From positions 1 to 17,471 of the forward strand of contig JADGIF010000146.1 in the NCBI GenBank assembly GCA_018985225.1: DNA of 17,471 nt, given 5' to 3'. A program made the position numbers and the translations under genes. The notes under the pieces are model-generated. The model had not been told where the DNA came from, did not search any database, and saw only the letters and a program-made list of their open reading frames with translations. This document shows positions 17,249 to 17,471 of the stretch, in pieces (the first letter of the stretch is position 1; the number at the start of each line of letters is the position of its first letter). Source of the stretch: Amoeboradix gromovi X-113 (lineage: Eukaryota > Fungi > Sanchytriomycota).

Positions 17249-17471
17249 TGGGACATCAAATGTAAAAACTGGACTAACTTTCTGTAACAACTTGGAACAT
17301 TATTTCAGCTTTATTACTTTATGGATTTAAGAGACGAGTGGACATTCAGCTAGTTGCAGAGTTGACGAGTATGAAAGGAGAATAAATAACTTTTATAAAT
17401 AACTTTTTGTATCGAAATTTCAAAAATAAATATTCTGTACAGCTATTCTCTTACTCTTTCATTTAGTCTTT
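17249..17471 (+). mobile_element. Third fragment of the non-LTR element, running to the window end
   Basis: Closely matches 5477..5597 (TGGGACATCAAAT...CTTGGAACATTAT and TTTTTGTATCGAAATTTCA.AAATAAATATTCTGTACAGCTATTCTCTTACTCTTTCAT) but carries 93 extra nt. Confidence 0.85.

Overview
AT-rich, gene-dense eukaryotic DNA read in the standard code (TAA, TAG and TGA all end genes). The gene set suggests an early-diverging fungus or close relative with a streamlined genome (inference). Genes in order: nucleoside diphosphate kinase, a long coiled-coil protein, RRP36, an Och1-like GT32 glycosyltransferase, a prominin-like protein, an AFG2/SPATA5-family AAA ATPase, a miniature NUS1, an LMBR1-family protein, a probable 51-aa tail-anchored microprotein, DRE2, a Pirh2/RCHY1-like E3 ligase and a 4-TM protein. 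Two things stand out. (1) Three ORF pairs in the track are single genes, each split by a GT-AG intron of exactly 19 nt with an A fixed 6 nt from the 3' end. (2) The 15.8-16.6 kb region holds decayed Fanzor/TnpB-type nuclease relics in inverted orientation that share collinear non-coding 3' blocks, a candidate omegaRNA scaffold. Three fragments of an RNase H-bearing non-LTR retrotransposon are also present. All family calls come from motif recognition by eye, not from database searches.
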